A stretch of DNA of 64,000 bases from positions 163,804,001 through 163,868,000 of the forward strand of contig OZ024741.1 of assembly GCA_964016885.1 (NCBI GenBank), read 5' to 3'. Shown piece by piece: positions 25,560-39,977 of this stretch. A model generated the notes under the pieces. It searched no databases. It was not told the origin of the DNA and saw only the letters and a list, made by a program, of their open reading frames with translations. Origin of the DNA: Eledone cirrhosa. Lineage: Eukaryota. How positions within the stretch are numbered: position 1 is the first letter of the stretch; each line of letters starts with the position of its first letter. A program made the position numbers and the translations under genes.

Positions 25560-28500
25560 CCATTGGATTATGACGCACTAATCTCTTAATACAATCGTCC
25601 TTATCAAAATCATTTCCCGTACCATCATTAATTACATAAAATATAAAATTCTTAAATCATATATAGCGAACTCACATGATACGATTCTATATTGCCAAAT
25701 ATCTCATTGCTGTAGACCACCGTCTATTTCGTTGGTTCTATTTCCGTTTTCCCTTCAGAAAATATTTGTTTCTAGTCATCAGACACTATAATACTTATCA
25801 CGACAAGCTTTCATCTGGAGAATAATGTTATGAGCACAACTTTGAATTTGAATTTCATCCCAAATTAACATTTATAAATCTCAGGTATGGAACAGATTGG
25901 ATCGCCTTCTTATGTTGCACATAGAAAAGGAATTTATTGGAATCTTAAATCGATTAGATCCAATGTAAATTCTAAAGAAACTTGAGTGCTAACGTTCTTT
26001 TCGAAAAGTGAAGTATATTTTCTTTTATCCACCTTAGTTTATAAACACAATTGAAATACGTAGTGATCTACTAATTTATGACATTGTAATTGGTCAGTGA
26101 TTATTCTAATACGCTTAAAATTGTAAAAAAAAAACAAAAAAATGGGCGATTGCCTTCCAATATTATGAAAGCTATATTTTTTTCATAAGTACAAATTAAA
26201 TCACTGTTGGTGTAAGGGTTGTCATTACAATTGTTTTATAGTAGAAATCATCTACAACGTTTTTCCTCCTGTTTTCTCTCCTCTTTCCAAATGATTATAC
26301 TTACGATCCTTTCCACTTTTGCATCAATTTTATCTGTATAATTAGCATACTTAGCAATATAGCGGTAATGAAACGTATAGTTTTCTTCAGAAATTAAATG
26401 AAAATAAGCACTAAGCCAGATTACTATACAAGCTCAAGCAAGATCATTTTTGTTTTGTTCTTTTCGAAGTTGGTACGGAAGCAATCCACAATCAAATTTC
26501 TTCAGGGATGCTTATTTATTTATCATCTAGTCATTTTCTTTTAAATCCCATTATTTTATAAGTCTCCCTAGAACACACATAAGAATTTATTTTATCACCT
26601 GAAGAACATTTACCTCCTCTTCACACTTCTATATATATCCAGCTTTCACTTTTGCTTCACCACATTTATTTCATAACTTTCTTCGACTTGGGTTCCATTA
26701 ACAAAATGGCGTGGTTAATCTTTGATGCAAGATAGAATTCCATTTTTTCATCCTCTTGCGTTGTCTGTGAAGCTCTTTCGTTGATAGTCAATGTTTTCCT
26801 CAGATCTTAATACCAACTTTTGGCAGAATTACTCTTATCTTATTGGGACAACAAACAATGGCCAATAGGTATCAGAACATCCTCCCCTTTGCTATTCAAT
26901 CGTGGTAATAAAATTTAAAGATTTACTGCAAATATATTTTCCTTTGATTTCATTATAGAAAAGTTGTTTTGAGGTTTTCGTTAAATACCCTTGTAGCCAC
27001 ATCTATAGGATGTGTATGTTCTATACCTAACAGATGTGAGAGCACATTCAGATTTAAATGGATTTACCGAATAAATAATGCCAAATAATTTAGATAAGGC
27101 TTCTTATACAAATTGAGGATTTGGTGATACTATGCCGATAATACTATTTGTCTTTTAGAGTTACAAGTTGCTTTCAAACATAGGCACACGTTAGGCCAAA
27201 GAGTATAGGAGCAGAGAATAGTATCGATCTCGATACTTGATTGGAATGTATTTTATTGATTACAGGTGTATGAAAAGCAAAGAAAGCTCTGAGGAATGTT
27301 CATTCAGAATGTAAGGATACTTAACTAACTTCAGAGTGCAAGCAATTTTGTTGAGCGCTCTAATGCATCTGTAAAATGTAACTTCAATCAAAAATCGAAG
27401 CCTATTGAGGTTTATATTCTGATTTCTTGCAATTACTACAAGTGATCATTATATTGATTACATGTTTGCCTAGACCTTTTATTATTAAGTTTCTCATGAT
27501 TACTACATTGCCTTTATGTCGAATGAGAGCCGGGCATTTAAAGTGTAATACTGTCTTGTAGAAACCAGCCGCATCTTAGAACAATTTGAAACACCTCTGA
27601 ATTGATCATATTTCAGAGTTTCTTAGTTTCCTGCATTTACTTTTAGCTTTTTTATGTGTTAAATGTATATTTCTTCATTATTTTCATCGTTATTTTGTTT
27701 CTTATGGCGTTGTAGTACTGATTTCCAGCTCATACTAAATTGAATAAGGTTTAACAGTTGACATATTTAATGCTAGGGTATAAAAAAGATATTACAAAGG
27801 AGAAATGTTGGGTACAATGTATGTAGTAGAACGGCTTAGTTAGTTCTCTAACAGCTAATAAATTGTAAAAATGTATTCCATATTTCAAATTTTAAATTAA
27901 CAATTAAATCTTAAGATGCTTTCAAACGATAGAGAAGCGTTATCACATTTAACTTTACACCTGCTACTTTGTCTAGACAGTAATATTAAACCAAGAATAA
28001 TGGATATGCTGTCATAATCACAACGATGACTCAGTGTTATATGATACTTTACGTCAGCAATATTTTCAGTTTAATATGCTTACATATTTTCATTTCTTAT
28101 TTGTTTTCATTTTCTTTTATCCTGTAGTTTATTAAAGTAGACGACTCTTTAAAGGATCATTCTTTTAACTTCGGTATTTCAGTAATGGTCAGATTCTTAG
28201 TATTAGATTTTTCTATATTTACTGTTTTAGAGTGTCGATATATTCATTTGAATTTTGAATTTTTGGGGGTTGATAATAGATATAAATAATTTCGCATCCA
28301 AGTAAAATTATATTTCTATTAAACTATATTTACATGATATATTCCTTTTTTAAATAAATATGTTGTAGTGAGAAACATTTTATGAAATATATTTCTAAAC
28401 TGTGTTTTCGAGAATGGAATATATTATAACATACTTCATATTTAAAGCAATGACAAATTTAATAACAATTTCTTTCTTCCTCCCTACAACAACAGCTATC

Positions 28501-28899
28501 GAACATGCAGATACCAATCAGATTTCTCTTACGTGTATGCCTTTATGAATGATATATAACCTCGTTGATGGAGGTAGGGAACATTTAATGCCAGTATCTC
28601 CCTATTAATCTTCTTGTGACGTTAATTGTAATTAATGTCAATAACTATTGATATTTAAAATCTTAAATGCAGGGATCAATAGAAATGCCAGTCACGATTA
28701 TTAGAGATTATATGCTTAAATGAATCGGCGTGTAGTTATTGGTTAATATTTTCCCTCCCTAATGTTTAGATTCAAGTTTATATCTTATATAACCTGGTAA
28801 GACATTGTCATCACCGGAGGAGCCCACTCATTATATGAATTAAGACGTCTTTGAGTTCAGCTATCAATTCTTACCACATTAATGGCAATGATGTAGAAC

Positions 28900-28950
28900 A
28901 GGAATATCAAACATGCGGCCCTATACAATCACATCTGCGGCTCGCGCAAA
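28900..28950 (+). mobile_element. Possible hAT left-end remnant
   Basis: CAGGAATATCAAACATGCGGCCC..TGCGGCTCGCG resembles hAT termini; no partner end found. Confidence 0.35.
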
Positions 28951-30195
28951 GGTTTTTACAACACGAGCGTAATATAAAATAAAAAGTATTAGTAGTAATG
29001 TGTGCAATTAGTTGTCATGTACTAGACGTTCTTTTTCATTGACTTGCAAATGACGAAAAGCAGATTTGACCTAGGTGTTATTTGAGCTCAGAGCGCAAAA
29101 AGCCAGAGCGGATACGCAAAGCATTCTTCTCGATGTTCTCACAGTTGTGTCAATTCCCCGCTTAAACTATCAAAATTATAATATAACAACTTCTGGTTGA
29201 CATACGCTTGGTAAACCATACGAAATTAGTCACTCGTGTTGCATGATCTGCCTGTATTAATCAGCGGAAAAATATGTTGTTGTTATTTTCAAACAAGCCT
29301 GTTAATAAGGTGAGATTAGATTTTTCTTTAGCCTCTTGTATTTCCATATTAATGTGGTTATATTTTAATGTATTTTTGTCGATAACTATAGTTGTGGTTA
29401 TTATATCAGCTAAGTTTATTGCTACTATTATTATATTTAAGAGATTTGATAGAATTACTTTCTGCTTGGATCTCTTTGATTAGGTACATTATGGATTTTC
29501 CATCTTTGCTAATATTCTCTATCTAGTTCGAGGTAAGGAATTCGCTTGATTGTAATACTGAGATTCAGTATTTGGTTTAACAATAATTCTTTGGATGCTT
29601 CCATGCGTCGTTATTGTTGTTCTTGCTACTGTTGTTCTTGCTATTATTGTTGTTATTTAACCCAGATCATACATGATTAACCAAGTCTATAACGAAATGC
29701 ATTTCAGGCAGTACCATTCCTTCTCTTTATTTTAAGACACTCTTTTGTATCTAGGACTACATTAACTAATGTGCCATTTTTTAATACGGTCCGGTCTAAT
29801 TTAAGGAAGATTTAATTTTTTGTATAGTAGGTTGCGTCACTAGGTAGAGGCTCTCTCTCGCAGACGCGTCATGCCTTTGAGATCCATTTTTCTGTGGTTG
29901 TTAGGCGACATTTGATGATGTTACTCAACACTGTTACTCCAAACAAAAGTAGACTGAACGCACCCATAGCCTAGAACATTCTAGGTTGTAAATAATGTAG
30001 GCTATCACATACAAATGTACTTAAATTAAATCTTATAAAGTGTTCAAAACTAAACGAGAGGTGGTGTATAAAATATTAGATTGGAATTGACATATATGAA
30101 CTAAATGTGTTACGAAATGGAGTTTTGCACCTGCTGCTTTATTCTCGACAACAATATTGAAATCAAAATGGCGAATATAAGAGTGTAATTATAAT

Positions 30196-30382
30196 TGTTT
30201 CTACTTTGGGCACAAGGCCAGCAATTTTCCCAGTGCATTACTGGTGCTTTATTTTATCGACCCCTTAAGGATGAAAGGCAAAGTTAACCTCGGCGGGATT
30301 TGAACTCAGAACGTAAGGAGCCATAACTCTATGCTGCAAAGCATGGTGTCTGCTGCTCTACCGATACTACCAATCGACCGAT
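30196..30382 (-). mobile_element. tRNA-derived SINE (octopus-like family 2) with TSD
   Basis: Reverse complement GAGTTCAAATCCCGCCGAGG..CTTTGCCTTTCATCC..GTCGATAAAATAA; 12-bp TSD TGTAATTATAAT at 30184 and 30383. Confidence 0.85.
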
Positions 30383-30745
30383 TGTAATTATAATACTGAA
30401 TTGGTGGTGTGGTCATTATGTTACATCAACAATATGTTCAGTTTAATATACTATTGCGATTTTTCCCCTACAGTACATCCATGATGAACAATTAGATCGA
30501 TTTAGCAAGATATAATGGTAACTATATTTTTGCATTAATGGTGTTTACATAAGTATAACCTGATGAGATGCCGACCTTCAATCCAGAGTATTAGCTGTTA
30601 ATGTTCATGGGAACACAATTACCAAAATACCTAAAGCTGTACATCGTTCTACTATATAAACCTTATTTTAAGCCATTTAATTTATCTAAAAGTTTCTACC
30701 ATAAAGAACCATTTTTGGTCATGTTCCAAACAGCAACTAACTAAT

Positions 30746-30862
30746 GGTTTCTAATTTTGGCACAAGAGCGGCAATTTTTAGGGAAGTAATAGTTGATTAT
30801 ATCGACCCCAGTACTTTATTTTATCGACCTTAGAAGAATGAAAGGCAAAGTTGACTTCGGAG
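30746..30862 (-). mobile_element. SINE family 2, 5'-truncated
   Basis: GTTTCTAATTTTGGCACAAG..TTTTATCGACC..ATGAAAGGCAAAGTTGAC. Confidence 0.75.
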
Positions 30863-31029
30863 CAATATTACGTCTCTATATAATACATTTCATCGGATTC
30901 ACCAACATTTCTGCCACTGAAAAACATTTTATGATTTTCAAAATAATTAATAATTTTGAAGGTTTTATTAATATAACTAATTTTCTCATTATTCAGCTGC
31001 TGTTTCTGGAAGTATTAATAAACACTATG

Positions 31030-31242
31030 GGTAGATTGGCAGTACCGGTGGAGCGCCAGACACCCTGCTTTGTAGCATAGAGTTACGGCCTTTTACGCTC
31101 TGAGTTCAACTCCCACCGATGTTAGCTTTGTCTTTCATCCTTACATGGTCGATAAAATAAAGCACCAGTAATGCACCGAGATCGATTTAATTGACTTTCA
31201 CCCCCGCTTCAAATTGCTGGCCTTATGACTAAAGTAAAAACA
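31030..31242 (+). mobile_element. SINE family 2 with TSD
   Basis: Family 2 core sequence; TSD ATTAATA(A/G)ACACTATG at 31014 and 31243 (15/16). Confidence 0.85.
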
Positions 31243-31259
31243 ATTAATAGACACTATGA

Positions 31260-32355
31260 TGATGATGATCTTGTTATCAATAAGTGAATTCTTCAGAACA
31301 GTGTCTCTGTTCTGCAAAAATCCCAAAACTTTGTCAAACAGTACGACACATCTTGTGAGACAGTTACCCATTGAAAGCCAACGTACGTCTGTGGAATAAA
31401 CCAACCTACAAGCATCCTGGAAAAGCCTGTCTTGAAGGGCTCGTGTTCTTATTTTGTTTACGGATGAAACAACCGTTTGAAGAATGGCCATAGATCACGG
31501 TTACCAATATTTTTTGCAACCAAATTTTCACGATGTAAAACACAATGAATAGTAAACACGCTTCTATCTTCAATTAATCTGCACGCAAATCCTTTTCTTT
31601 TGCCGATCATTGACGGCACACCATCTGTGAAAATAGAGATCATGTTATCCATGCTAATATCATTTGTCTTTAAAAAGCCGGTGACAGCGTTGCACACTTG
31701 TTCTCCTGTAGTGTTGATGAGAGTTTTCATAAAGAGCATCTCCACACATATTCTGGAATCTTTGATGTAGCGGACAAAAGCAAGCAGCACAAACTGATTT
31801 GCAGTCAATGAAAATTTGGTGTGTCGCAGGTCTTGAATAAGGATGGCTTGACATCATCTGCTAAATCATTTATTCGCGATGAAATGGTATTGTTGGGCTT
31901 GACATCATCTGCTAAATCATTTATTCGCGATGAAATGGTATGCTGTTGAGAACAGACACTGGATTAGAAATATTAGCCACTTTTTATGCTTCCATGATTT
32001 GATGAGGTCCTAAGTAATTGGATGCGGTCGACCTTGTTTGGCAATCAAAAGCAATATTGTACGACGCGGTGAGTCCAGAAGCGTTATTGCTCTCGATGAA
32101 GAATCCTTTCAATTTTGATGAAGGAGAACGGGCACTGTCACTGAACGTTTTGAAGAATTCTTTAGGTTTGTTGACCAATGAGGGATGATACTTGTTGAGG
32201 TGTAAAGAAAGTTTGGCGGGTTTTATTGATGCATTCGTCAGTTGTTTCAAACAAATAAGACACTGTGGTAGTAATGGATTGTTCTTGCTGCTAATAAATC
32301 CATATTGAATATAAGAGGGATCATACTGCCTACATTTCTTCTTGCTTTTGCTCAT
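31260..32355 (-). pseudogene. Second Buster/Charlie-type hAT transposase, decayed and 3'-truncated
   Basis: MSKSKKKCRQYDPSYIQYGF..PQCLIC..HLNKYHP, TDGVPSM, HCVLHRENL, DVRWLS; frameshifts; 45-bp tandem duplication at 31846-31941. Confidence 0.85.
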
Positions 32356-32821
32356 ATTTAATTGTTATGGGAAGAAACCTAAAATAGAAAAATGCAATTA
32401 AGAAGCTTTTTAAAATTTACAATTTACAATTCAAATTTCAGAAATGAAGTCGTTTCTACTTGATGATTCGAAACGTATGTACCGTACTTAAAACGATTTA
32501 ATTGAAAAGGAAAGAAAATAATTGAAAATATTAAGAAAAGTGCAATAACTTTTACTAAATCAACTCATTTATTATACATTTAATTGTGTACATTCCAGTT
32601 TTGATCATTCTATTAATTACAACTGATTGTCTCACAATAGTAAGTAGAACTTGTTAGTATTTGACATGTTAACTCACAAAATAATGTTTGATGTATTGTA
32701 GAAATATTCAAAAGCAGATTACATTAAAAAATCATAGCGATATAGGAAACAAACAGAGAATCAATATTTGTTATATGAAATTTTGAATAATTTTTTCTAT
32801 TTATTGGTAATTGTTGTGCTA

Positions 32822-33457
32822 TCTATCCAGTATACTAGTAAAACTCTGTGATTGTGTGCTTGTCTGTAATGTAATACAGCCAAAACGGCGCATAATGGGA
32901 AAATACTTTGAAAGTAAGTTGCCCCTGAAATTGGAATACAAATAGAATAAAACAAAATTCGCGTAAATCGGAGTACGGGTTCCCGATGTACGGGTTTTTT
33001 CCAGGTACCTTCATAAATAGAGAGAGAGAAAGATATAGAGAAAGAGATAGTGGTTGTGAGAGAGTAGATTGAAAGAGAGATATATGTAGAGAGAGATGGA
33101 GACAGAGAAGAAAAATGGAAGAGAGAGACAGCTGGTGATATTGTTGAATGAAATTATAATAGGTGACTTTAAAGAATCGAATACAGCATTACTGTATCTA
33201 GCTCGAATTTGGTGAGTGAATATTAAGTCAGATGTATCATATAACTTGTGTTAGGACAGGATGTGTGTGGCGAACATTTCCTGCTAAATTGGAAGGGCTT
33301 CTAAGCGTTTGTGTTTAAGTGTGTGTGTATATATGTTTGTATGTGTGTGCATGTGGCCAGTGTATATATGTCACAGATATCTATATATATATACACATAT
33401 ATATGTATACACGCATACACAAAAACATACACACGCAGACACACACACACACACACA

Positions 33458-33528
<71 letters not shown>

Positions 33529-33559
33529 TGTATATATAGTAACCACGTGATTCTCTTCG

Positions 33560-33607
<48 letters not shown>

Positions 33608-33988
33608 CTTCTGTCTTGCTGTTCATAAGATCTCACGGCTTACGCCCAGCCACCTTCTTAATTTCATCCTCTTTCTCCCTTTGGTTACTGGTACATACAT
33701 ATGCTACTGCCTCGTGTTTCCTCCTCTCTATTGGTATGTTTTCTTTTGGGGGGGGGGGGGGCTTTCTCCTTTTTTTTTCTTCTGTTTCTTTCCTTCGTTA
33801 CGCTATCGTCTCCTTTTTTCCCTAATAACCTCTTAAAGTTATGGACAGATGTATTGTCTTTGATGAACCGAAACATCCGAGACCCACAGCAGACAACTGA
33901 AGAGGGGAATTGTCCTTTGTTTGTGTTTTCCTTAGATTTCTCAACACTCTTTATTAGTAACCACACGATATCTTGTCCCTTTCATTCT

Positions 33989-34084
<96 letters not shown>

Positions 34085-34245
34085 TGTGTGTGTGTGCGTG
34101 TGTGTGTGCGTGTGTGTGTATGGGCGTGTGTGAGGGGGGGGGGGGGGCTTCCAATTTAATTTAATATTATATACTTGTCTGTGTATATTTTAATTATTTC
34201 AAAATTGATTTTAAGTGAGCGTGACCCAACGAGTCACGGGTGGTC
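32822..34245 (+). mobile_element. Putative non-autonomous Helitron-like element with inserted microsatellites
   Basis: A|TCTAT..AAAACTCTGTG start and subterminal hairpin CGTGACCCAACGAGTCACG; segments are shared with 39595-40488, which ends in CTAG. Confidence 0.45.
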
Positions 34246-34335
34246 AACTTCCTGAAGAATCCGGCGCTCGAGTTTATATAATTATTACATAATTATTGGA
34301 AAACTCAAAACACGGATGAAACCATGGTAGAGGTT
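34246..34335 (+). ncRNA. Type I hammerhead ribozyme with extended stem II
   Basis: AACTTC-CTGAAGA-ATCCG...CGGAT-GAAA-CCATGG-TA-GAGGTT. Confidence 0.85.
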
Positions 34336-34706
34336 TTTAAATGTATTCTATTTTCTCCTAGTTTATTTTAAACCTAATTCTGCTTAGTTGACTGTATCTA
34401 GGCGATTACGCTGTCGAAATATTCAATAAATATTCCACTACGGCCGACGCGAAGCGCTGGTTTTGGTTATTTGTCGGAGATTCCTTCATAGAAGCCTCGT
34501 TCTTATAGCCTGGTCTATTCGATTTTTTTATATAGTTAATTATGCTAATTGGGAGAGGAAATAGTATATATTTTATCTTGTGATTCTATAGACATGTCTT
34601 ATGATATATAGCTCTGATTGTTTAATTTATTAATTTTTCATTGAGCCACAAAGTGACCGGTTGCAAAACACGTATATGTATGTGTATGTATATATATATA
34701 TGTAAA

Positions 34707-34748
<42 letters not shown>

Positions 34749-34796
34749 TACATACAACGCCATTCTAATCAGTGTGTATACATTTTGGGGGACACC

Positions 34797-34835
<39 letters not shown>

Positions 34836-34837
<2 letters not shown>

Positions 34838-35193
34838 CAAAAGGGATATTCAATTTGTTGGTAATTCAACAAATATAAATGGTTATAACTGATTCAAAGC
34901 ACTCGACAGATTTTTCTGGAGTATAATATTCAATGATATTAAATAGATGGAAACTATATTTATGAAACCATATTTATTCTATTATATATATTTCAAGGGT
35001 ACCAAAACTTTGGTACGCTGTCATCAGATAAAATACAAAGTTTGTTTTATGTCAACATTTTATGTCAACATTTATAAAACAAACTTTGTATTTTATCTGA
35101 TGAGGGCGTACCAAAGTTTTGGTACCCTTTAAATATATATAATAGAATAAATATGGTTTTATAAATATAGTTTCCATTTATTTAATATCATTG
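34836..35193. mobile_element. Non-coding HHR fold-back element, family B copy 1
   Basis: Arms 34931-35050 and 35074-35193; HHR on minus strand 34975-35035 (intact core) and plus strand 35089-35149 (GAAA changed to TAAA); flanked by (TA)n. Confidence 0.85.
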
Positions 35194-36104
35194 TATATGT
35201 ATATATATATATATATATATAAGTTAAAACAATGAAATAAAAAATCAAGTCATTAGAGATATACTTCACTGCTTTACGAGGTCAGGATAATACATTGTAG
35301 CTATACTTCGTTATTTACAAAATATCCGATAAAGAGAATATTTATTACATGCATATCGCCAGCTGTTTTCAAAAGCAATAATAATTTTATTGAGAATTAG
35401 TAGTATGTTAGTATCTTGTTCTTATTTGGAGGTGGGTGAAGAACTAACGAATCAAAATGTTTTTTTTTCGTATGATGTTAAGATGAAAAGTAATTCACTT
35501 TATTTGAGGTCATGACCCTTTGAAAGGAATGGTTGAATGGTGTTAATAATAGAATTGCCATTCAAATATCTATTAGGAGGAAAGGGATTGTCAAATTGAT
35601 AGTTGAATGTATCTGGTATAGTGAAGTTTAAAAGGAATGTAAAAATAAATGATGATTAGTGTTGTATGGAGTTTTTAGGTGAATATAAATTAAGGTCATG
35701 GCTAGGAAAGATAGTATATTAAAAGATGAAAATTATAATAAGATAATGAAATACAGTAATGCAATAATATAATATAACTAACACAATATAGTACGGTGTG
35801 GTAAATTGCACTTAGTATAATGCAGCGTATGATACGCTCTAAAATACTATCAAGTATGTTTATGTATAAATAATCAAACGCAGATAAATACATGTTGACA
35901 TAGTCAAAACGCATAAATTTCATAGACCACAAAGTGCATATCCATACTATATATATATAGAGGTATAGTTACATTGATACCCAACAAAAAATATACATAC
36001 GCATAAATAGATGCAAACATAAATACACATTTACACATGTGCACATAATCATATACACATATATTTATACATATCTATATTTCCACATACACACCTATAC
36101 CCAC

Positions 36105-36171
<67 letters not shown>

Positions 36172-36369
36172 TGTGTATGCACACACTCATACATGTACAC
36201 ACACTCATATATAATCACTCATACACATACACTCACATATACACACACACAAACACACACATATATATATACACATAGAGACACATATATATACACAAAT
36301 ATATTCCCATACATACATAGATATATATCTACTCATGCAATTACGGGTGGTTGTGTACTTGTTGCCTAT

Positions 36370-38365
36370 AGTCATTAACGCATAAACCTAAGGACGCTAA
36401 AACATTAAAAGGTAAAAGATAAGCATGAATGCATATAATTAGGGGAAAGGGGTACTAACAAATGTTACTCTATATAGAATTATAGTGAGTTGCTATTTAG
36501 AATATTTAATTAGGTTTATAGTATTTAAATGTTCTTCGTATACGGTGATTACAAACTATAATCAGTTCCTGTCTTTTATTTAATAAATAGTCTTTAGATT
36601 TAGTAATTTCCAAGATCTCCACTGAACATAATCTGCATTCCCTCCTGTTCCCAAGATATGGAGTTCTTTGTAGAATAGTGTTCCACGATAGCTTGAAATC
36701 TATTTTTTTCTTTTTATAATTATTTATGGTGTGGTGTTAGCTAGTTTACTATTGTTAAAACTACTAGAGTGTGCGTAACATCTTTTCTTAAATGTGTTTG
36801 ATGTAGATCCTATATATGTTTTGTTGGAGTCTGTAGTAGACACAGTGCATTTATATATTACATTATTAATCAAACAGTTGCCATTTAAGGGACAAATGCT
36901 TCTATTTCTGCAATTACAACCATACGTAAGATGGTTGTTGGGGGTGCCTATACTATTCTCATTAATCCTTGAGCTATTCCTATTGTAATTAATGTTATCA
37001 GGAGAATGAAGATTGCTTTGTGGGTGGTTTGGTGCTAGGGTTGTATTGTGATTTTGTGCTTGTGATTTGGGTGGTTGTGTTTTCCAGATTGAAGGATTGT
37101 ATTATTTGTCTTTTTAAAAGGTGCAGTCCTATTTAAATAATGTTGTGTTGGTGTAGTCATATTATCTTTAAGTTTATAAATGTTGTAGTTGCTTATTTTT
37201 GGCTGGGGATTGTTTGATGTAGAGTATGAGAATTTAACAGTATATCTGTTAAATATTTGGTGGTATCTGTGGTTTTGTGGAAAATGTTTATGTAGAATTT
37301 CAAAGAATTTTGGGGGGATTTGTCCAATAGTTTGCAGATTGAAGGGTGCGTTGTACCATGTTATGTTTCTTTTGCGGTTTTTAGTTAAGTTCTTATTACC
37401 ACTTATATTAATGTGCTGTGTTCTAGAAAAATTCCTATGGTTAGAATCGGTATTTGTAGAATTTGGTAAATTACCGTGGTTTTATTTGGTGTTATTATTG
37501 GGTAGATTATGAGATTTTGAGTGCTTGGTATTCATATGTGGGTTGATAACATTGGTCATAGATCGTGTAGTAATAGTTGTTGTGGTTTTTCGGATGTTTG
37601 GTGTAATAGGAATAACCCCTTGAGGTATTTGTTTCAATGGTATTTTTTGGTGTTTGTAGTTTTTTCTAGGTTTTATATTTTGGTCCATAGTAGTGTTGGG
37701 GAGGGATATATGAGATGTTTTCTATATATCCACTTCTAGTTAACGCCTCGTAGTAGAATGGTGCATTATTATAAAATATATCTTCATTGGAAAATAATTT
37801 AGAAAGTCTAAGAGATATGTTATATACTAAGTTCTTGAGTATAGAGCCTGGGTGGTTAGATCGTGAATGTACATAGTGTAGATTCTGGTTGGGTTTGTGG
37901 TAAGATTGATAAATATTCGTAGAGAGGTCTAAGGTAACGTCAAGGAAATTAGCTACTTTTGAAGTGTTTTCAAAAGTGATGCTAAGGCTGTAATAGTCCT
38001 TGAGGAATTTTCTAATTTGTTTTTTGTTTTTCTCTATATTGGAATTGCTAAGATTGTTAGATAACAATAGACAATCATCCCGATAAAGACCACCTTTGAG
38101 GTGGGGAAAAGAGTAATGAATATTATAGAGGAGAAATAGTCCAACGAGGTCTGTAACTTGAGCAGAGTCCATGGATCGCATCGTAATATCGAATAAGTTG
38201 TTATATGTGTTTTTTGTCTAGTATTCTTCTTGGAAGTTTAGTAAGGTTTTTCTAGCGTGAGTTATGATGTTGATTTCCTCAGTAGATAAATCCGATCTAT
38301 TTCTGGCGAAGATCAGTGCTTTGTTTAAAAGAGTTGGAGAAATCGAAGAATAGAAAGAATCCATT
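36370..38365 (-). mobile_element. Penelope-like element (YRDD/Nematis-type), 5'-truncated and decayed
   Basis: DSFYSSISPTLL, DSAQVTDLVG, GLYRDD, FLDVTL, YHKPN, TWYNAPF; GIY-YIG CNCRNRSICPLNGNC..VIYKC..TYIGSTS. Confidence 0.88.
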
Positions 38366-38574
38366 ATGGGATAACACTTCCCAAGTTATTGAATGGTTCA
38401 CTAGCATTGACAATAAAAACTCAGCTTCATTCATACAATTCGACATAGATATGTATAAATATATGTGTATATGATTATGTGCACATGTATAAATGTGTAT
38501 TTATGTTTGCTTCTATTTATGCGTATGTATATTTTTAGTTGAGTATCAATGTAACTATACCTCTCTATATATAG

Positions 38575-39505
38575 TGTGGATATATGCAATTCCCCCTCTC
38601 TCACTAAACCAACAAACTCTATCCACCTCACTTTATACCACTACATACATCACTCCCTCACAATTCACCCTCTCTCACTAGCCCACCAATCAATATCCCC
38701 CTCTCTATATCCTACTTTGTACATCACTCTTTCTCACAATTCCCCCTCTCTCACTAATCCAATAAATTCTCTCCCCCTCTCTACATTCCACTACATAACT
38801 CACTCTATTTCACTCTCTTAATTCCCCCTCTCTCGCTAAACCTACACATGCTTTCCCGCTCTCTATATCTCACTATGTACAACACACTCTAACAATTCCC
38901 GCTCTCTCACTGGACCACTAAATTCTCTCCCCCTCTATCTATTCCACTACATACATCATTCTCTTTCATGTTCTTAACTCCCCCTCTCGCACTAGACCAA
39001 TAAACTCTCACCCCTCTCTATGACACACTACATACATCACACTCTCTCACAATTCCCCCTCTCTCACTAGATCACCAAATCCCCCCCCCCCTCACTACAA
39101 ACCTCCTCTTTCAATCTCACAATAACCTCTTTCTCACTAAACCAACAAATTCTATCCCGCTCTCTATATCCCACTACGTACCCACTCACACTCACAATTT
39201 CCCCCTCTCTTACTTGACCAGCAAATATCCCCCCCCCCTCACTCTATACCACTACATACCTCATTCTCTCAAAATTTCCCCTCTCTCACTAGACCACCAA
39301 TCAATCTCCCCCTCTCTATATCATACTACATACCTCACTCTCTCTCTCTCACAATTCCCCCTCTATATATACCGCTACATACCTCTCTCTCTTTCAATCT
39401 CTTAATTTTCCCTCGTTCATTAAACCAACAAATTCTCTCCCTCTCTCTCTCTATCCTACTACACATCTCACTTTCTCACAATTCCCTCTCTCTCACTAGA
39501 CCACC
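38575..39505. repeat. Pyrimidine-rich minisatellite, ~60-bp unit, about 15 diverged copies
   Basis: Recurring CAATTCCCCCTCTCTCACTAGACCACCAA and CCACTACATACATCACTCTCTCA. Confidence 0.85.
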
Positions 39506-39528
39506 ACATTCATTCCATATCTCAGTCT

Positions 39529-39597
<69 letters not shown>

Positions 39598-39890
39598 GAA
39601 AATGGAAGAGAGAGAGAAGTTGTTGAATGAAATTATAACCGGTGACTTCAATGAATCGAATACAGCATTACTATATCTCGCTAAATAGGAATGGTTTCTG
39701 AATATGTGTGTATATGTGGGTGTGAATATATATATGTATATATACGTGTGTGGTGTGCGTATATATTTGAATATATATGTGTATGTGTGTGTGTCTGTGA
39801 CCAGTGTATATAGGTCACAGACACCCATATATATATATATATTGGAAAAGTAAATAACAACAAGAAGTACAGTTACGAAAGGTATAAGGT

Positions 39891-39942
<52 letters not shown>

Positions 39943-39977
39943 AAGAATTGGCTGTACAACAAGGGGCTTTATTTCAG

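Noticed and set aside
25600-28900. Long unique AT-rich stretch possibly holding host exons
   Set aside because: No ORF of 60 aa or more and only isolated splice-like motifs (e.g. ~26300); cannot be supported
34770-34802. GGACACCCTGTA Tc1/mariner-like end
   Set aside because: Only one short terminus, with no partner TIR
38575-39505. CRISPR-like periodicity
   Set aside because: Whole units are diverged repeats with no unique spacers; eukaryotic context and no cas genes
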